From Candidatus Latescibacterota bacterium (lineage in GTDB: Bacteria > Latescibacterota > UBA2968 > GCA-2709665): a DNA stretch of 64,000 nucleotides. Of this stretch, positions 37,664 through 48,262 are shown in pieces; position 1 is the stretch's first letter; each line of letters starts with the position of its first letter. The stretch spans positions 2,048,001 through 2,112,000 of the forward strand of contig CBDDDZ010000005.1 in assembly GCA_965226795.1 (NCBI GenBank), written 5' to 3'. The translations under genes were made by a program, and so were the position numbers. Under the pieces are notes generated by a model, which had not been told where the DNA came from, did not search any database, and worked only from the letters and a program-made list of their open reading frames with translations.

Positions 37664-38947
37664 TCAATGCCGATGTTCCGTCGGCGCAGATGCTTCGTGA
37701 TTTCCGCCCATGGTCGCCAGCGCCGCCTTCAAATTGCTTTCCGAGTCGATCAGGAACTGTGACGAAGTGACGATCCGCTCGCCACCCAGCAGTCCCTCGG
37801 TTACCTCGTAGACGTCGCCCGTCTCGACCCCCAGCGTCACCTCACGCGGCGCGAAACGGCCTTCCCCGAGATCCAGAATCACCACGCTTCGCTCCCCCGA
37901 CCGGATCACGGCTTGCACCGGGACGACTACGGCATCCTTTGCCACCTCAGACAGGATTTTCACCGTGGCAAACATCTCGGGCTTCAATTCCAGTTCCGGG
38001 TTGTCGAATACCAACCGTACCCTCGCGGTGCGGGTCTTCGACTCCAGGAACGGATAGATGTAGGTCACCACCCCCTGGAACACCCGTCCGGGCACATAGG
38101 AAAGCATGACCTCGGCCGCCTGCCCATTCTTGATCCACGGCAACTCGTACTCGTAGATATCCGCATAGACCCATACCCGGGAAAGATCGGCGATGCGATA
38201 GAGATGCTCTCCGGCCTTGACGTACGCTCCGTTGTAGACCGCTCGATGCACGACCACGCCCTCCTGGGAGGAGTAGATTGTCATCGTCCGCTTTGTCTCA
38301 CCCGTCCGCTCCAGGTTGACAATCTGCGCTTCCGCGATATCCCAGTACATCAAACGCTGCCGGGCCGCGCCCAACAGCGCTCTGGCTCCCTCGAGGGCCT
38401 CGGCAGACGCACTGTCCTCGAGTCGCCGGACATAATCCAGCGCCGTGAGATATTCCTCCTGCGCGGCCACAAGTTCGGGACTGTAGATTTCCAGCAACGG
38501 TTGTCCTTTCTTTACTTCCTGCCCGGTAAAATTGACAAACAGTCCCTCCACCCAACCGGTTACTTTCGTATTCACATCGGCCATTCGTGTTTCGTCATAA
38601 TCCACACGTCCCACGGTGCGTACGGTCCGGCTCAGTGGCATCCGTTGCACCACGTCGATTTTGACCCCCATATTCTGAACAGTAGACGGGTTGATCCGAA
38701 CCTCTGCAACCTCCTCCCCGTGATCGCCCTCGTGCCCCGTCCGGCCCGTCTGGTCCATCACCAGGTCCATTCCACAAACCGGGCAGCTTCCGCGCCTGTC
38801 CGATACCACCGTGGGATGCATCGGACACCGGTACACGGCCGGTCCCGTCTCGTGAGATGCCGGGCCGTCCTCTCCACCCAGCCATATCCCCAGGACAATT
38901 CCGACACCCAGAGCGAGAATCGCAACAACGATACTTTTCCAATTCAT
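37664..38947 (-). CDS. cusB: CusB-type membrane fusion protein with an N-terminal heavy-metal-binding domain
   Basis: YRCPMHP...CPVCGM, YSPELVAAQEE, LKPEM and FLIDSES. Confidence 0.9.
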   Translation of the reverse strand: MNWKSIVVAILALGVGIVLGIWLGGEDGPASHETGPAVYRCPMHPTVVSDRRGSCPVCGMDLVMDQTGRTGHEGDHGEEVAEVRINPSTVQNMGVKIDVVQRMPLSRTVRTVGRVDYDETRMADVNTKVTGWVEGLFVNFTGQEVKKGQPLLEIYSPELVAAQEEYLTALDYVRRLEDSASAEALEGARALLGAARQRLMYWDIAEAQIVNLERTGETKRTMTIYSSQEGVVVHRAVYNGAYVKAGEHLYRIADLSRVWVYADIYEYELPWIKNGQAAEVMLSYVPGRVFQGVVTYIYPFLESKTRTARVRLVFDNPELELKPEMFATVKILSEVAKDAVVVPVQAVIRSGERSVVILDLGEGRFAPREVTLGVETGDVYEVTEGLLGGERIVTSSQFLIDSESNLKAALATMGGNHEASAPTEHRH

Positions 38948-39011
38948 AACTCGACCCTTCCCTTTTCAATGCGCATAGCTGCTGATCCCGAGGCGATATC
39001 AGGTTGCCGAT

Positions 39012-40325
39012 CTAGAACAGGCGTTTTCCAACAACCGCTTCCAGTTCCGCCAGTTTTTTCTCGCGTTGGATAACATGGTGATAGGTTTCGATTTCAAACT
39101 GGAACAGAGACACCTGGTTGTCCAACAGCGCCATAAAGTCCACTTTGTCAACCTGATATCCGGCCATTGCGGACTCCAGCGACTGCTGCGCCTGGGGCAG
39201 GATTGCGGTCCGGAACAGCTCCGCCTCCTTCCAATGCCGGTCGACTTCCAGGCAGATCTCCTGCACGCGAAACTGGATTTTCCGGCTTATGTCCTCTTTC
39301 CGCGCCCTGACCGTTCTGATATTGGCCTGTGCCTCGGCAACCTGGTTATCCCGTTTCCGTCCGTTGAAGACCGGGAGGTTCATGCTCACACCGAATGACA
39401 GAAAATCGCTGCCGTTTACGGGGTCTGATCCCGCGAGCGCGCGCTGCAGATATCCGAGCCGAAACGTCAGATTGGGCCAACCCGCCCGTTGCGCCACCTG
39501 TTCGGTTGCCGCCCACATGGAAATGGTCTGCTCGATTTCCTTCAGCAGCGGGCGGTGCGCCAGAGCCAACCGCTGGGCGTCCTCCACCGACATGCCAAAC
39601 GGCGTTGGGATCACCTCATCGGGCGCATTCACGGAGGTGTCCATGGGCCTATTCAGCACACGGTTGAGTCGCGCCTCTGCGAGCAGGCGCTCCGTATTCA
39701 GCCTGATCAGCCGATTCTGCAACGCCGAAAGCGACACCTGCGCCTTCAGGACGTCCTGCTGCAGTCCTCGGCCTACTGCGTACTTCTTCTGTGCAATTCG
39801 TACCATATCCTGGAGGAGTGTCCGGTTCTTTTCCGTCACTTTGATTGCCCGGTCCAGGAATGCCAACGCAAAATATCCCTGCTTCACCAGATTGACGATC
39901 GTTCCGGTCCGGTCCGCAAGGACCTCGCTGGCGGCGCCTGCGGCAGATTCCGCGGCTCGTTCCCTGGCGCGCAACACGCCCGGAAGAGGTATCCGCTGGC
40001 TGACCATCAACTGCTTGCCGGACATTGGCGTACTGTCGAAATCGAGGCTGCTTGTCGGCACGTTCCGCAGATCCAATCCCAGCATAGGATCTTCCAGAGC
40101 GCCGGCCTGAGGCACCCGGGCTTCAAATGCCGCCAACTGGTGCGCAAGGACCTTCAGACCGAGGTTTTTCGCGAGCGCCGAATCGATCAATACCTCCAGA
40201 TCCGGCGACGCGGCTCCGGCAACGCAGGGAAGATGCGCAAGGCATACGCCGATGAGTTTCAGGATTCCTTTCAAAACAGATAACCTCCCTGGCATGAATT
40301 CATGCCAACGCAAATACGAAACCAC
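39012..40325 (-). CDS. TolC-family outer membrane efflux protein (start uncertain)
   Basis: Operon position; QRIPLPG and YAVGRGLQQDVLKAQV repeats typical of outer-membrane efflux proteins. Confidence 0.85.
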   Translation of the reverse strand: MVSYLRWHEFMPGRLSVLKGILKLIGVCLAHLPCVAGAASPDLEVLIDSALAKNLGLKVLAHQLAAFEARVPQAGALEDPMLGLDLRNVPTSSLDFDSTPMSGKQLMVSQRIPLPGVLRARERAAESAAGAASEVLADRTGTIVNLVKQGYFALAFLDRAIKVTEKNRTLLQDMVRIAQKKYAVGRGLQQDVLKAQVSLSALQNRLIRLNTERLLAEARLNRVLNRPMDTSVNAPDEVIPTPFGMSVEDAQRLALAHRPLLKEIEQTISMWAATEQVAQRAGWPNLTFRLGYLQRALAGSDPVNGSDFLSFGVSMNLPVFNGRKRDNQVAEAQANIRTVRARKEDISRKIQFRVQEICLEVDRHWKEAELFRTAILPQAQQSLESAMAGYQVDKVDFMALLDNQVSLFQFEIETYHHVIQREKKLAELEAVVGKRLF

Positions 40326-40433
40326 ACGCTCGAGCCAGGACTAAAGGATCTACCTCGAGCGATTGGAATTCAAGCGATGTTTACAAGCGGGAGATGGTAA
40401 ATGCACCGCGGAAGACGCGGATGGGGCGGGAAA

Positions 40434-40784
40434 TCAGATCAGAAACGCAGATTTCATCAGGTACAGCGGGGGTAGTGAATCGGCTGAAGCGGAATGAAGC
40501 GCACCACTGAGGGAGAGACGCGGAGAGGGGACCTTCAGGGAGCTGACCGATTGCAACACGGCATGGAAATCCGGACCCGAAAACCGGGGTCCGGCGGTCG
40601 CCAGGGCCGGAGGCAATTCGGAAGGGACATCGGTCACGCTACCATCGTTCTCGGCACAGCAGCAGTCCGCCACGGCCGGCTGGACGTGGCAGACCTCAGC
40701 CTGTACCGACATCCCGCACAGACAATGGATGGCAGAAAGAACGAAGCCGATGGCCAGACATGAGATGGAGAGGGCGCGAATCAC
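40434..40784 (-). CDS. Small Cys/His-rich protein heading the metal efflux operon
   Basis: HCLC, CH and DCCC motifs; C-terminal PPLYLMKSAFLI. Confidence 0.6.
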   Translation of the reverse strand: MIRALSISCLAIGFVLSAIHCLCGMSVQAEVCHVQPAVADCCCAENDGSVTDVPSELPPALATAGPRFSGPDFHAVLQSVSSLKVPSPRLSLSGALHSASADSLPPLYLMKSAFLI

Positions 40785-41038
40785 GGCGTTCCTCAGACAT
40801 TAGGTTGGTCTGTCAGAATTAACTGTACCTTATATACGTCTGTCAAGCCCAGTTGTTCAAAAAAATCGTATCCAGTGTGGAATCGGCCGCCGGCGAGCCC
40901 CATACCCGCGGCCTGCCCGGATACGCCGAAACACACAGGGGCGCGAATGCGTGGAATCCGCAACCCTCCTGATCGGTTCCGATTCAGCCGCCCTCGGGGG
41001 GGTTTGTTGGACGGGGTCTGGAAGATGGCGCCAGGGCC

Positions 41039-42238
41039 TCACCCGGCCCGCTGGGAGGGCTTCCAGGCTTCACCCGCCGCGGCCGCCTGGCGTTCCAGCT
41101 CACCGCGCCAGCCCACCACCTCCCCGGCCTTGATCCGACGGATGTCATAGGCGGCGTACCGGTCTTCGAGCGTATCGCCGAGCTTTTGCGTTTCGGCCAA
41201 TCGGTCCCACGCCGTTTTCATCCATTCGTAGGGCAAAACCTCTCGCACCTCGGGATCGAGTTGCCACGCGCTTCGCACGTCAGCCACCGCGGGCTCACCG
41301 GTCAGTGGCCCGGACCATCTGGACCATCCGATGGATAGCGTGTTCCGTTCTCTATCCGGGACGGTGTGACCCGTGTGAACGTTTGCGCCGTTCCGGATGA
41401 GGGCTTCACCCGCCCTGAGCCGGATCGCTACCTGGCTCGGCAACGGATCGCCGCCGTTCCAACTGGGTGTGTAAGGAACTCCCTTCTCCTTCATGGCTTT
41501 GGGAAGGAGAACATCGTGCTCGAAGGGCGTACGCCAACGATCGTGGCTGCCAGGTATGAGTTCATGACACTCGTCGTCGACCAGCGCCAGGAACATGCTC
41601 ACACCCGTACGCTCCGCGATCGACCTGGCGTTATTATCGCGAATCTCCGCCCAGCGTTCCCGCTCGACTTCCTCCGTGTACGCTTCGGGTCCCTCACCCC
41701 GGATCTCGCGTTGCGCGAAGTAGGGTTTGCCGGTTCCCCACCACGTCACGTCCCGGTGCCAACCGAGGGCGTGTTCAGCCTTGCGCGGATTGCACCACAA
41801 CAGCAACCCGCTGAACGTAAACTCCTTGGAGCCAAGCCCGTGGCACCATGAGTGCACGAAGTCCAGAAAATCAGTCGAGCTGTGGAACTCGGCGAAACAC
41901 GGTTCGTTGAAGGCGGGATGAACCAGCCCGCGAATGGCCCACGGCTCGTCCGCGCCGGTCCGGTGGACGTAACCCCGGGAGCAGTCGATCTTGCCATAGC
42001 CGTTAGCCGACGCGCACGCCTCCGTGACCCGGCGGCCCGCTTCGCGGAGGACCGGGATCCAGGGATTGTCGACGAAGTCGTTGATAATGACGAATCCGTG
42101 CTCCTTCAGGTGAGCCAGCCGCTCGGGCGTGGCCCCAGGCGCCGCCAACTCCGGCTTTGCGTCGGCGAAGTCGGACGCCCTGTAGGAGGATTCTGCCGGC
42201 TCGGTCGCGCGGGTGGCGGATGATTGGTCGGTTTTCAT
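41039..42238 (-). CDS. Phytanoyl-CoA dioxygenase (PhyH)-like Fe(II)/2-oxoglutarate oxygenase
   Basis: EHGFVII, WHRD, LIPGSH and distal HTG. Confidence 0.75.
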   Translation of the reverse strand: MKTDQSSATRATEPAESSYRASDFADAKPELAAPGATPERLAHLKEHGFVIINDFVDNPWIPVLREAGRRVTEACASANGYGKIDCSRGYVHRTGADEPWAIRGLVHPAFNEPCFAEFHSSTDFLDFVHSWCHGLGSKEFTFSGLLLWCNPRKAEHALGWHRDVTWWGTGKPYFAQREIRGEGPEAYTEEVERERWAEIRDNNARSIAERTGVSMFLALVDDECHELIPGSHDRWRTPFEHDVLLPKAMKEKGVPYTPSWNGGDPLPSQVAIRLRAGEALIRNGANVHTGHTVPDRERNTLSIGWSRWSGPLTGEPAVADVRSAWQLDPEVREVLPYEWMKTAWDRLAETQKLGDTLEDRYAAYDIRRIKAGEVVGWRGELERQAAAAGEAWKPSQRAG

Positions 42239-42272
42239 TTTAGCTCCTTTCGATCCGTGGCGGAAAACCCTA

Positions 42273-42312
42273 TCAGGATCAGGCTTTACAGGTCTTCTGG
42301 ATTCGCAGGATT
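42273..42312. repeat. Dispersed GGATT-periodic repeat, copy A
   Basis: 34/40 identical to 53518-53557. Confidence 0.7.
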
Positions 42313-42752
42313 GGTTCAGCGCTTTGATCCGGGCTACGACCGCCCGTGTACCGCCTCGTTCGTACTCTATATCCTCACGGGGTTTTTGTCAATAACAATT
42401 TACCGAACCTGCTCCGGTCAGGAATCGTCACACCCGATGACCCAGGAAGCATGGACGCCACACAAGTGGGCCTACTCGATGTCGGCAGCGGCGGTAGATC
42501 GCTGAATCAGCCTTGTGAGTTCCCTCGTCCTCACGCTGCCGCACAACGACCCACGGGGGTCCCGTCCGGATATAAAATCCTCACCCATCCGGTAAATTGT
42601 CCGTATATTCGGGTTCTACTGTCGCGGTATCCTGCGAACACGACACGTTGCACCCTCACCATCGCCAGCGGGTTCCGATTCCGGTCGTCGACGTAATCAG
42701 CGGGGTTGACAAACCAGGTATTCCAGGGTGTCGATTCCGCGAGGAAACAGGT

Positions 42753-44675
42753 GTGAACCGAATCTCTTCAGCGTTCTGTCTGATCTGGCTTGTCTTCGTC
42801 CCCCACCTCGCAATTGCCCAATCTTCGATCCCGAAACTCGGCCGCAGGGAAGTCGAAACCCGATTCGAAAAGGCGCTTGGCGACTACGCAAACGGCCACT
42901 ACCGCAGGGCGAAACTGGCCTTCCAGGCATTGGCCGAGGCCGAGCCCGTCCACGAACGCACTTCGGCCGCCCGGCTGATGCTGGCGAAATCGCTGTACAA
43001 ACTCAAAGAGTACGACCTGGCGCTCGACGCAGGGTCCGGACTCTACGACGCCTTTCCCCATAGCCGTTATCTCCCGGAAGCCGACCTGATCATCGGCGAC
43101 TGCAGATTCCGGCAGGGCCAGGTCTACAGCGCCGCAACCCGATACGCTCACGTGGTGACGGGACGGGGAGACCTTCGTCTGAAAGCCAGAGCAGCCGATC
43201 GGCTGGGCCAACTGGCCGGAGCAGGAAAAATCACGGATGGCGACGTCGCCCGTCTTCAAAACGACTTCGGAAGCGCCATTATCAAAGAGGCCGTCGCCTT
43301 CGGCCGGGCGCGCTGGTTCCTTAAAAACGACGGGGCCGAGCCATCCGGAAATGCGATGGCCCGTTTTCTGGAACAGCATCCCAACGGAATCTTCGCGGCG
43401 CTGGCGCACATAGAACGCCCGCAGTCGCGGCTCCGCCCGCCGACGGTGGCGGAAGCCGATCCGACGCCTCGCGCGGACGACACAAAAGAGCCAGCCGATG
43501 CGCACTACACAATCGGCCTGATCGCGCCATTGGGAAGTCCCCCGGGCAAGGACATGATAGACGGAGTTCTGCTTGCCAGGGAACTCCGACCACTCAAATC
43601 CGGAGCGCAGGTCGCTCTTGTCTTCAAAGACACGGGAGGCAGTCCGGTACGCGCGGTCAAAGCCGCACAGAGTCTCATCGAAGAACACGATGTGATTGCC
43701 ATTATCGGCGCCCTGACGAGCGCCGAGACCCTTCCTGTTGCCTCGCTGGCGGGCCCCCATAAGGTCCCGCTGATCGCGCCCACGGCCTCGGAAGATGGTC
43801 TTGCCTCCCTGAGTCCCTACGTATTCCAGATCAATGCCACGCCCGGCGCACAGGGTCGCCGAATTGCCGACTACGCAGCTGGGGAATTGGGGCTGCGCAC
43901 GCTGGCTTCACTGGCATCGCTGGATTCCTACGGAGATCGAATCGCGAACGAGTTCACCGCCCGTGCGGAAGAACTGGGTTCGGAGGTGATTGTTCAGACA
44001 TGGTACGGACCCGGTACAACCGACTACCGGGGCCAGTTGATACGCATCCGGGACGCCGGACTGGCGCTGCATCCGCCCGCAATCCTGGCGGATGAAATGG
44101 ACTCCCTGCTCCTCGGGACCATTCGTCTGGCGCCACCGCCCCCGGTTAGCGTCGATCCCGACACGGTGCAGGCGGAGCCGGTGCGTACATTGGACGGCCT
44201 GCTTATCGCGGGGGGAAAGGACGAGGTGCTACTGATCGCGCCTCAGATCGCCTTCTACCGCATCCACGCGCAGTTGCTGGGCAGCGACGGCTGGAACCAC
44301 CATGCGGTCGCGAGAGATTCCTATACGGACGGCGCGGTCTTAGTCGCCAAGTACACCACACGTAGCAATATGGTCTCCGTACACGAGTTCCTGGGCGCCT
44401 TCAGGGAACGGTTCAATCGAGACCAGGGCATTGCGGCTGCCCTGGGATACGACGCAATGACGGCGGTTTTGACCGCTATCGACAGGGGCGGTACCTCTCG
44501 GCAGCGGCTTCAGAACGCTCTTGAAAATCTGGGCGCCATACCCGGCGCTACCGGTAGAATATCCTTCAGCAAAGGCAATCGTGAAAATGCCTGGATGTAC
44601 ATGCTGACCATCCAAAACGGAAAGCTTCAGCTCCTCTCGAACGCTCGCACGGACGAGTCCACGTCCGAACCCTGA
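42753..44675 (+). CDS. TPR plus periplasmic-binding-protein domain protein (LpoA/LppC-like)
   Basis: Signal peptide, TPR-like helices, IGLIAPL, AIIGAL, LLGSDGW and ALGYDA. Confidence 0.75.
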   Translation: MNRISSAFCLIWLVFVPHLAIAQSSIPKLGRREVETRFEKALGDYANGHYRRAKLAFQALAEAEPVHERTSAARLMLAKSLYKLKEYDLALDAGSGLYDAFPHSRYLPEADLIIGDCRFRQGQVYSAATRYAHVVTGRGDLRLKARAADRLGQLAGAGKITDGDVARLQNDFGSAIIKEAVAFGRARWFLKNDGAEPSGNAMARFLEQHPNGIFAALAHIERPQSRLRPPTVAEADPTPRADDTKEPADAHYTIGLIAPLGSPPGKDMIDGVLLARELRPLKSGAQVALVFKDTGGSPVRAVKAAQSLIEEHDVIAIIGALTSAETLPVASLAGPHKVPLIAPTASEDGLASLSPYVFQINATPGAQGRRIADYAAGELGLRTLASLASLDSYGDRIANEFTARAEELGSEVIVQTWYGPGTTDYRGQLIRIRDAGLALHPPAILADEMDSLLLGTIRLAPPPPVSVDPDTVQAEPVRTLDGLLIAGGKDEVLLIAPQIAFYRIHAQLLGSDGWNHHAVARDSYTDGAVLVAKYTTRSNMVSVHEFLGAFRERFNRDQGIAAALGYDAMTAVLTAIDRGGTSRQRLQNALENLGAIPGATGRISFSKGNRENAWMYMLTIQNGKLQLLSNARTDESTSEP

Positions 44676-44739
44676 TTGCCTCCTCCCGAAAAATTCCTCC
44701 GCACGCCACTTCCGGCTTCCCCCTGGCATTTCTATTGCA

Positions 44740-46653
44740 TTGGATTCAGCAAGTGACGACCAGACGCATGGTCAACTGAAGACAAATCACTTGTTCCCAA
44801 TCCTTTGTATGCAACAGGAATGTACAGGGAGACAGTCCGTGAGATACGATTTCTTTCAATCCGCCCGGCGCGGACCGAAACTGGCGTTCATCGTACTGCT
44901 CTCTTACATGCTGTCTGACGTCGCTTCCCGCGCGCAGGATTCGGTAAACCCTGAAACCACGGAATCGTACCTGGCTGTCTTGCGGGATCTTGAAGGACAG
45001 GTCATCAACGTCAACAAGGCAGAATCGGAGGACCTGCAGATCCTGCCCTGGCTCCCGCCGGAAGTGGTGCGCCGGATCATCGCCCATCGAAGACAATTCG
45101 GGCCCTTTCGGCACGTCAACGAACTTCTCAGGGTGCCCGGCGTTACATCCGAGATCCTCGCCGCTGTTCGGCCCTATCTGTCACTGTCTTCCCCACAGGG
45201 CCCTCGTATCCGGACGTCGCTCCGGATCACACGCCCCTCGGCGCATTCTACCGCCTGGCCAGACCTGAGGCTCTACCAGCGGACCGAGATCGCGACACGG
45301 CGCGCGGATGGCGTTTTCCTCACGGAACGCGACCCCTTGGAAACACGGCTGGTTGACTTCCTCAGCGGATACGTGCGTTTCTCCGCCGTTCCGGGCTTTC
45401 AGCGCCTGCTGGTGGGCGACTTCCGACCCGGATACGGACAGGGCCTCCTCTTCAGCAGGCACAACCGCTCCGCGACCGGCCTCGAGTGGGCGAGGCCGGC
45501 CAACGTCCGAAGCGTGGGCTATCGCTCCGCGGTCGAATACGGCGCCCTCCGCGGCGTCTTTGCTGAAGGACGGTCAGGCCGCGTTACGTGGACGACCATG
45601 TTTGCCCGCAACCGATGGGATGCCGCCATCGACAGCGCGGGCGTCGCCGAAATCCGTACCGCCGACCTGCATGTCACCCAGACCCAGCGAGAACGCAGAG
45701 GCAAATTGCGGGAGGACGTGGCCGCCCTTCGATCCCGCGTCGAACTTCAGGTTGGCCGCGTCGGCGCCAGCCTGGTCCGAACCACATTCTCGCCCGCCCT
45801 TCAGCACGTTCGACGCCAGCATTCAGCCGGTATGGATTGGAACGTACGCGCGCGCCGCCTGAATATCTTCGGCGAAATCGCCGCTTCGGGATTAAACGCC
45901 GTCGCGTGGCTGGCGGGTGCACGCATGGGTCCGGATCGCCTGAAATTGGTAATGCTTGCCCGCCGGTACCCGGCCGAATTTTCAAGTCTGCGTGGCGGCC
46001 CGTTCTCCGCGTACAGCGGTAGAAACGAGTGGGGTCTTTTCACCGGCGCCGCCTGGCGGCCCGGCAGGCGAACACGGGTGGAAGCCACGCTGGACCGACA
46101 CGGCCGCGTTGCGCCCGAGGGCAAGTTCAGGCTACCCGCGCGGGGAGAACGTTTCTCATTCAAATTGAGACATCGCCTGAAATTCGCCATAATACGTCTC
46201 ACAATGGGCACGCGGCAACAGACCTTCAAGACATCGGGCGCCACAGGCCGGAGTCTACAGAAACGCGCCCGTCTTCGCATCACCATTCCACGGTCCGCCG
46301 CACGCCTCATTCTCTGGCTGGAAGGCGCAGGCGCCCGCTCCCCGATCCGAAAGAGCAGCGGCAGCGCCGGGGGTATCGACCTCCGGGTCGAGCGAAAGAC
46401 GCGCCTTCGGGCCGATGTCTGGCTGGCTCTATTCAACGTCACCCACTTCGACGCCCGCATCTATACGTTCGAGCCCGACGTGTGGGGAGGCAGCCGCCTG
46501 CAACTCCTGTCGGGCAGAGGCCGTACGGCCGGCTTCCGGCTCACCTTCGGCGGATCGCACATCCGCATTTCCGCGCGAAACTCGATAAAAACCACTCAGG
46601 GCGGTCTTTCGAACAGCTGGTCCTTACAATTGGAACTGGGTACGTCCAAATAA
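44740..46653 (+). CDS. ComEA-like helix-hairpin-helix protein with a C-terminal beta-barrel-like region (start uncertain)
   Basis: INVNKAESEDLQILP...GPFRHVNELLRVPGV and VGDFRPGYGQGL. Confidence 0.75.
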   Translation: MDSASDDQTHGQLKTNHLFPILCMQQECTGRQSVRYDFFQSARRGPKLAFIVLLSYMLSDVASRAQDSVNPETTESYLAVLRDLEGQVINVNKAESEDLQILPWLPPEVVRRIIAHRRQFGPFRHVNELLRVPGVTSEILAAVRPYLSLSSPQGPRIRTSLRITRPSAHSTAWPDLRLYQRTEIATRRADGVFLTERDPLETRLVDFLSGYVRFSAVPGFQRLLVGDFRPGYGQGLLFSRHNRSATGLEWARPANVRSVGYRSAVEYGALRGVFAEGRSGRVTWTTMFARNRWDAAIDSAGVAEIRTADLHVTQTQRERRGKLREDVAALRSRVELQVGRVGASLVRTTFSPALQHVRRQHSAGMDWNVRARRLNIFGEIAASGLNAVAWLAGARMGPDRLKLVMLARRYPAEFSSLRGGPFSAYSGRNEWGLFTGAAWRPGRRTRVEATLDRHGRVAPEGKFRLPARGERFSFKLRHRLKFAIIRLTMGTRQQTFKTSGATGRSLQKRARLRITIPRSAARLILWLEGAGARSPIRKSSGSAGGIDLRVERKTRLRADVWLALFNVTHFDARIYTFEPDVWGGSRLQLLSGRGRTAGFRLTFGGSHIRISARNSIKTTQGGLSNSWSLQLELGTSK

Positions 46654-47138
46654 CACCTTGCGGCGTGTTCCTCGGCGCACACAGGCCCACCCGCCGCGTT
46701 CTCGACATCTCGAGTCGGGCTGACGCCGACCCCTTTTCATAGGTTACACGATAGTCTGCCGCCAATTAAGCCAAGCGCCGTTTTTTCCCTTTCCGATGTC
46801 CGATTTAATCGTTATTTTTCACACGGGCTTCGTCGCGTAAATTTCATTTCAAAGGCGCTCCCGCCGCGGCGCCGGCTCCGGTTAAAATCGGCACGCCGAC
46901 CCCGGGTACGGACGTCACCCAGGGTATGGGCGTTCTGGTGGAACTCATCCTCGCTCTTTCCTGGTTTTCGTGGTTATGCGGAACCTCGAACGACGGACAC
47001 GCGCGGCACGCTCCATCGTTGTTTCCTCCGATCGGCGGGCGCGTCCTGTTTTGATGCGTATCGCCAAAAACCAATTGCCGGCAGCGACGCATGTCCGCCG
47101 GCAATTTCACTTCCCTTTAAACCGACTCCCAAAACACA

Positions 47139-48176
47139 ATGGCGAAAATCCGAAAACAATACTGTAGATTCGGGGCCGTGCTATTTGTGGTGATGCTGGC
47201 GGGATGCGGCCCCCGGCTGCCCGAATCCGTCGGACCTGCACAGGAGATGCTGGTCCTGATAGATCCGGCCGACCGGGAGGACCTGGAACCGCACTTGAAA
47301 GAGGTATTCGAGAGGGTTCTCCATACACCCCAGGAAGAGAAGATTTTCTCGCTGCGGTTCGGCAATGTGGCCGATTTCGAAAGTTACGAGAACAAGAGAC
47401 GCAAAAACATCCTGATTGTCGCCGAACTGGACGGGCCCCATCCCACCGCGAGCTTCCTGAGAAGCATCCTGGGGCCCGATGCACAAAACGCCGTGAGGCG
47501 GAACCGGTCGGCCGTATTCTGGAAAGAGGACGTCTGGGCAAAGGAGCAACTCCTCATCACAGTGTCGGGCAACGATGGCACGGGCCTCGTGGAAAACCTT
47601 CGGATGGAAGCGGACCGGCTCTACAGAAGGATCGAAGACGCGCGCAACAAGCGGATTGGCAGGTTGATCTATCGCTATGGCGAACGGAAGGACGTCACGG
47701 AACGCCTTGGGCGCGAATTCGGTTGGCAGGTGCGCGTCGCCTTCGGATACCGCATCCTGGAGGCCTATCCCGACAGCGGATTTGTCGTGTTGACCAAGGA
47801 GGAACCCAGCCGTTGGTTGTTTGTCTACTGGGAGGACGGTACTTCCCCCGACGAACTCTCAGAGGAATGGTGCATCCGAAAACGCGACACGATCACTCAG
47901 AGGTTTTTCGATCGCGACCGGATCGTACAGGATCACCTGGAAATTGGCCAGGCTGAGTTCGCCGGGAACCTGGCCTTTGTATTGCAAGGCCTTTGGGAAA
48001 ACAAAGAAAAATGGGCCGGGGGCCCATTCAAGAGTTACGCGTTCGTGGATGTGGAAACAAATCGGTTTTTCTACATCGACTGCGGGGTCTATTCACCCAA
48101 TAAGCGCAAAGAACCCTATCTTCGGCAGGTCGACCTCATGGCCCGGACTTTCAAACAGGTGGATTCGACGCCCTGA
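47139..48176 (+). CDS. DUF4837-family lipoprotein
   Basis: Lipobox LAGC; TPQEE, DVWAKEQ and GLW..GGPFKSY. Confidence 0.75.
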   Translation: MAKIRKQYCRFGAVLFVVMLAGCGPRLPESVGPAQEMLVLIDPADREDLEPHLKEVFERVLHTPQEEKIFSLRFGNVADFESYENKRRKNILIVAELDGPHPTASFLRSILGPDAQNAVRRNRSAVFWKEDVWAKEQLLITVSGNDGTGLVENLRMEADRLYRRIEDARNKRIGRLIYRYGERKDVTERLGREFGWQVRVAFGYRILEAYPDSGFVVLTKEEPSRWLFVYWEDGTSPDELSEEWCIRKRDTITQRFFDRDRIVQDHLEIGQAEFAGNLAFVLQGLWENKEKWAGGPFKSYAFVDVETNRFFYIDCGVYSPNKRKEPYLRQVDLMARTFKQVDSTP

Positions 48177-48262
48177 ACCTTGCTTTTCATTCGAGAAGAT
48201 GGTATAATTCGGAACCGTAAACATCCAGTCGAACGTTGCAGCGCCTCCGGAGCAGAGGATCG

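Noticed and set aside
46844..46950. Small Gly/Ala-rich peptide ORF as a RiPP precursor
   Set aside because: No modifying enzymes nearby and no supporting motif.
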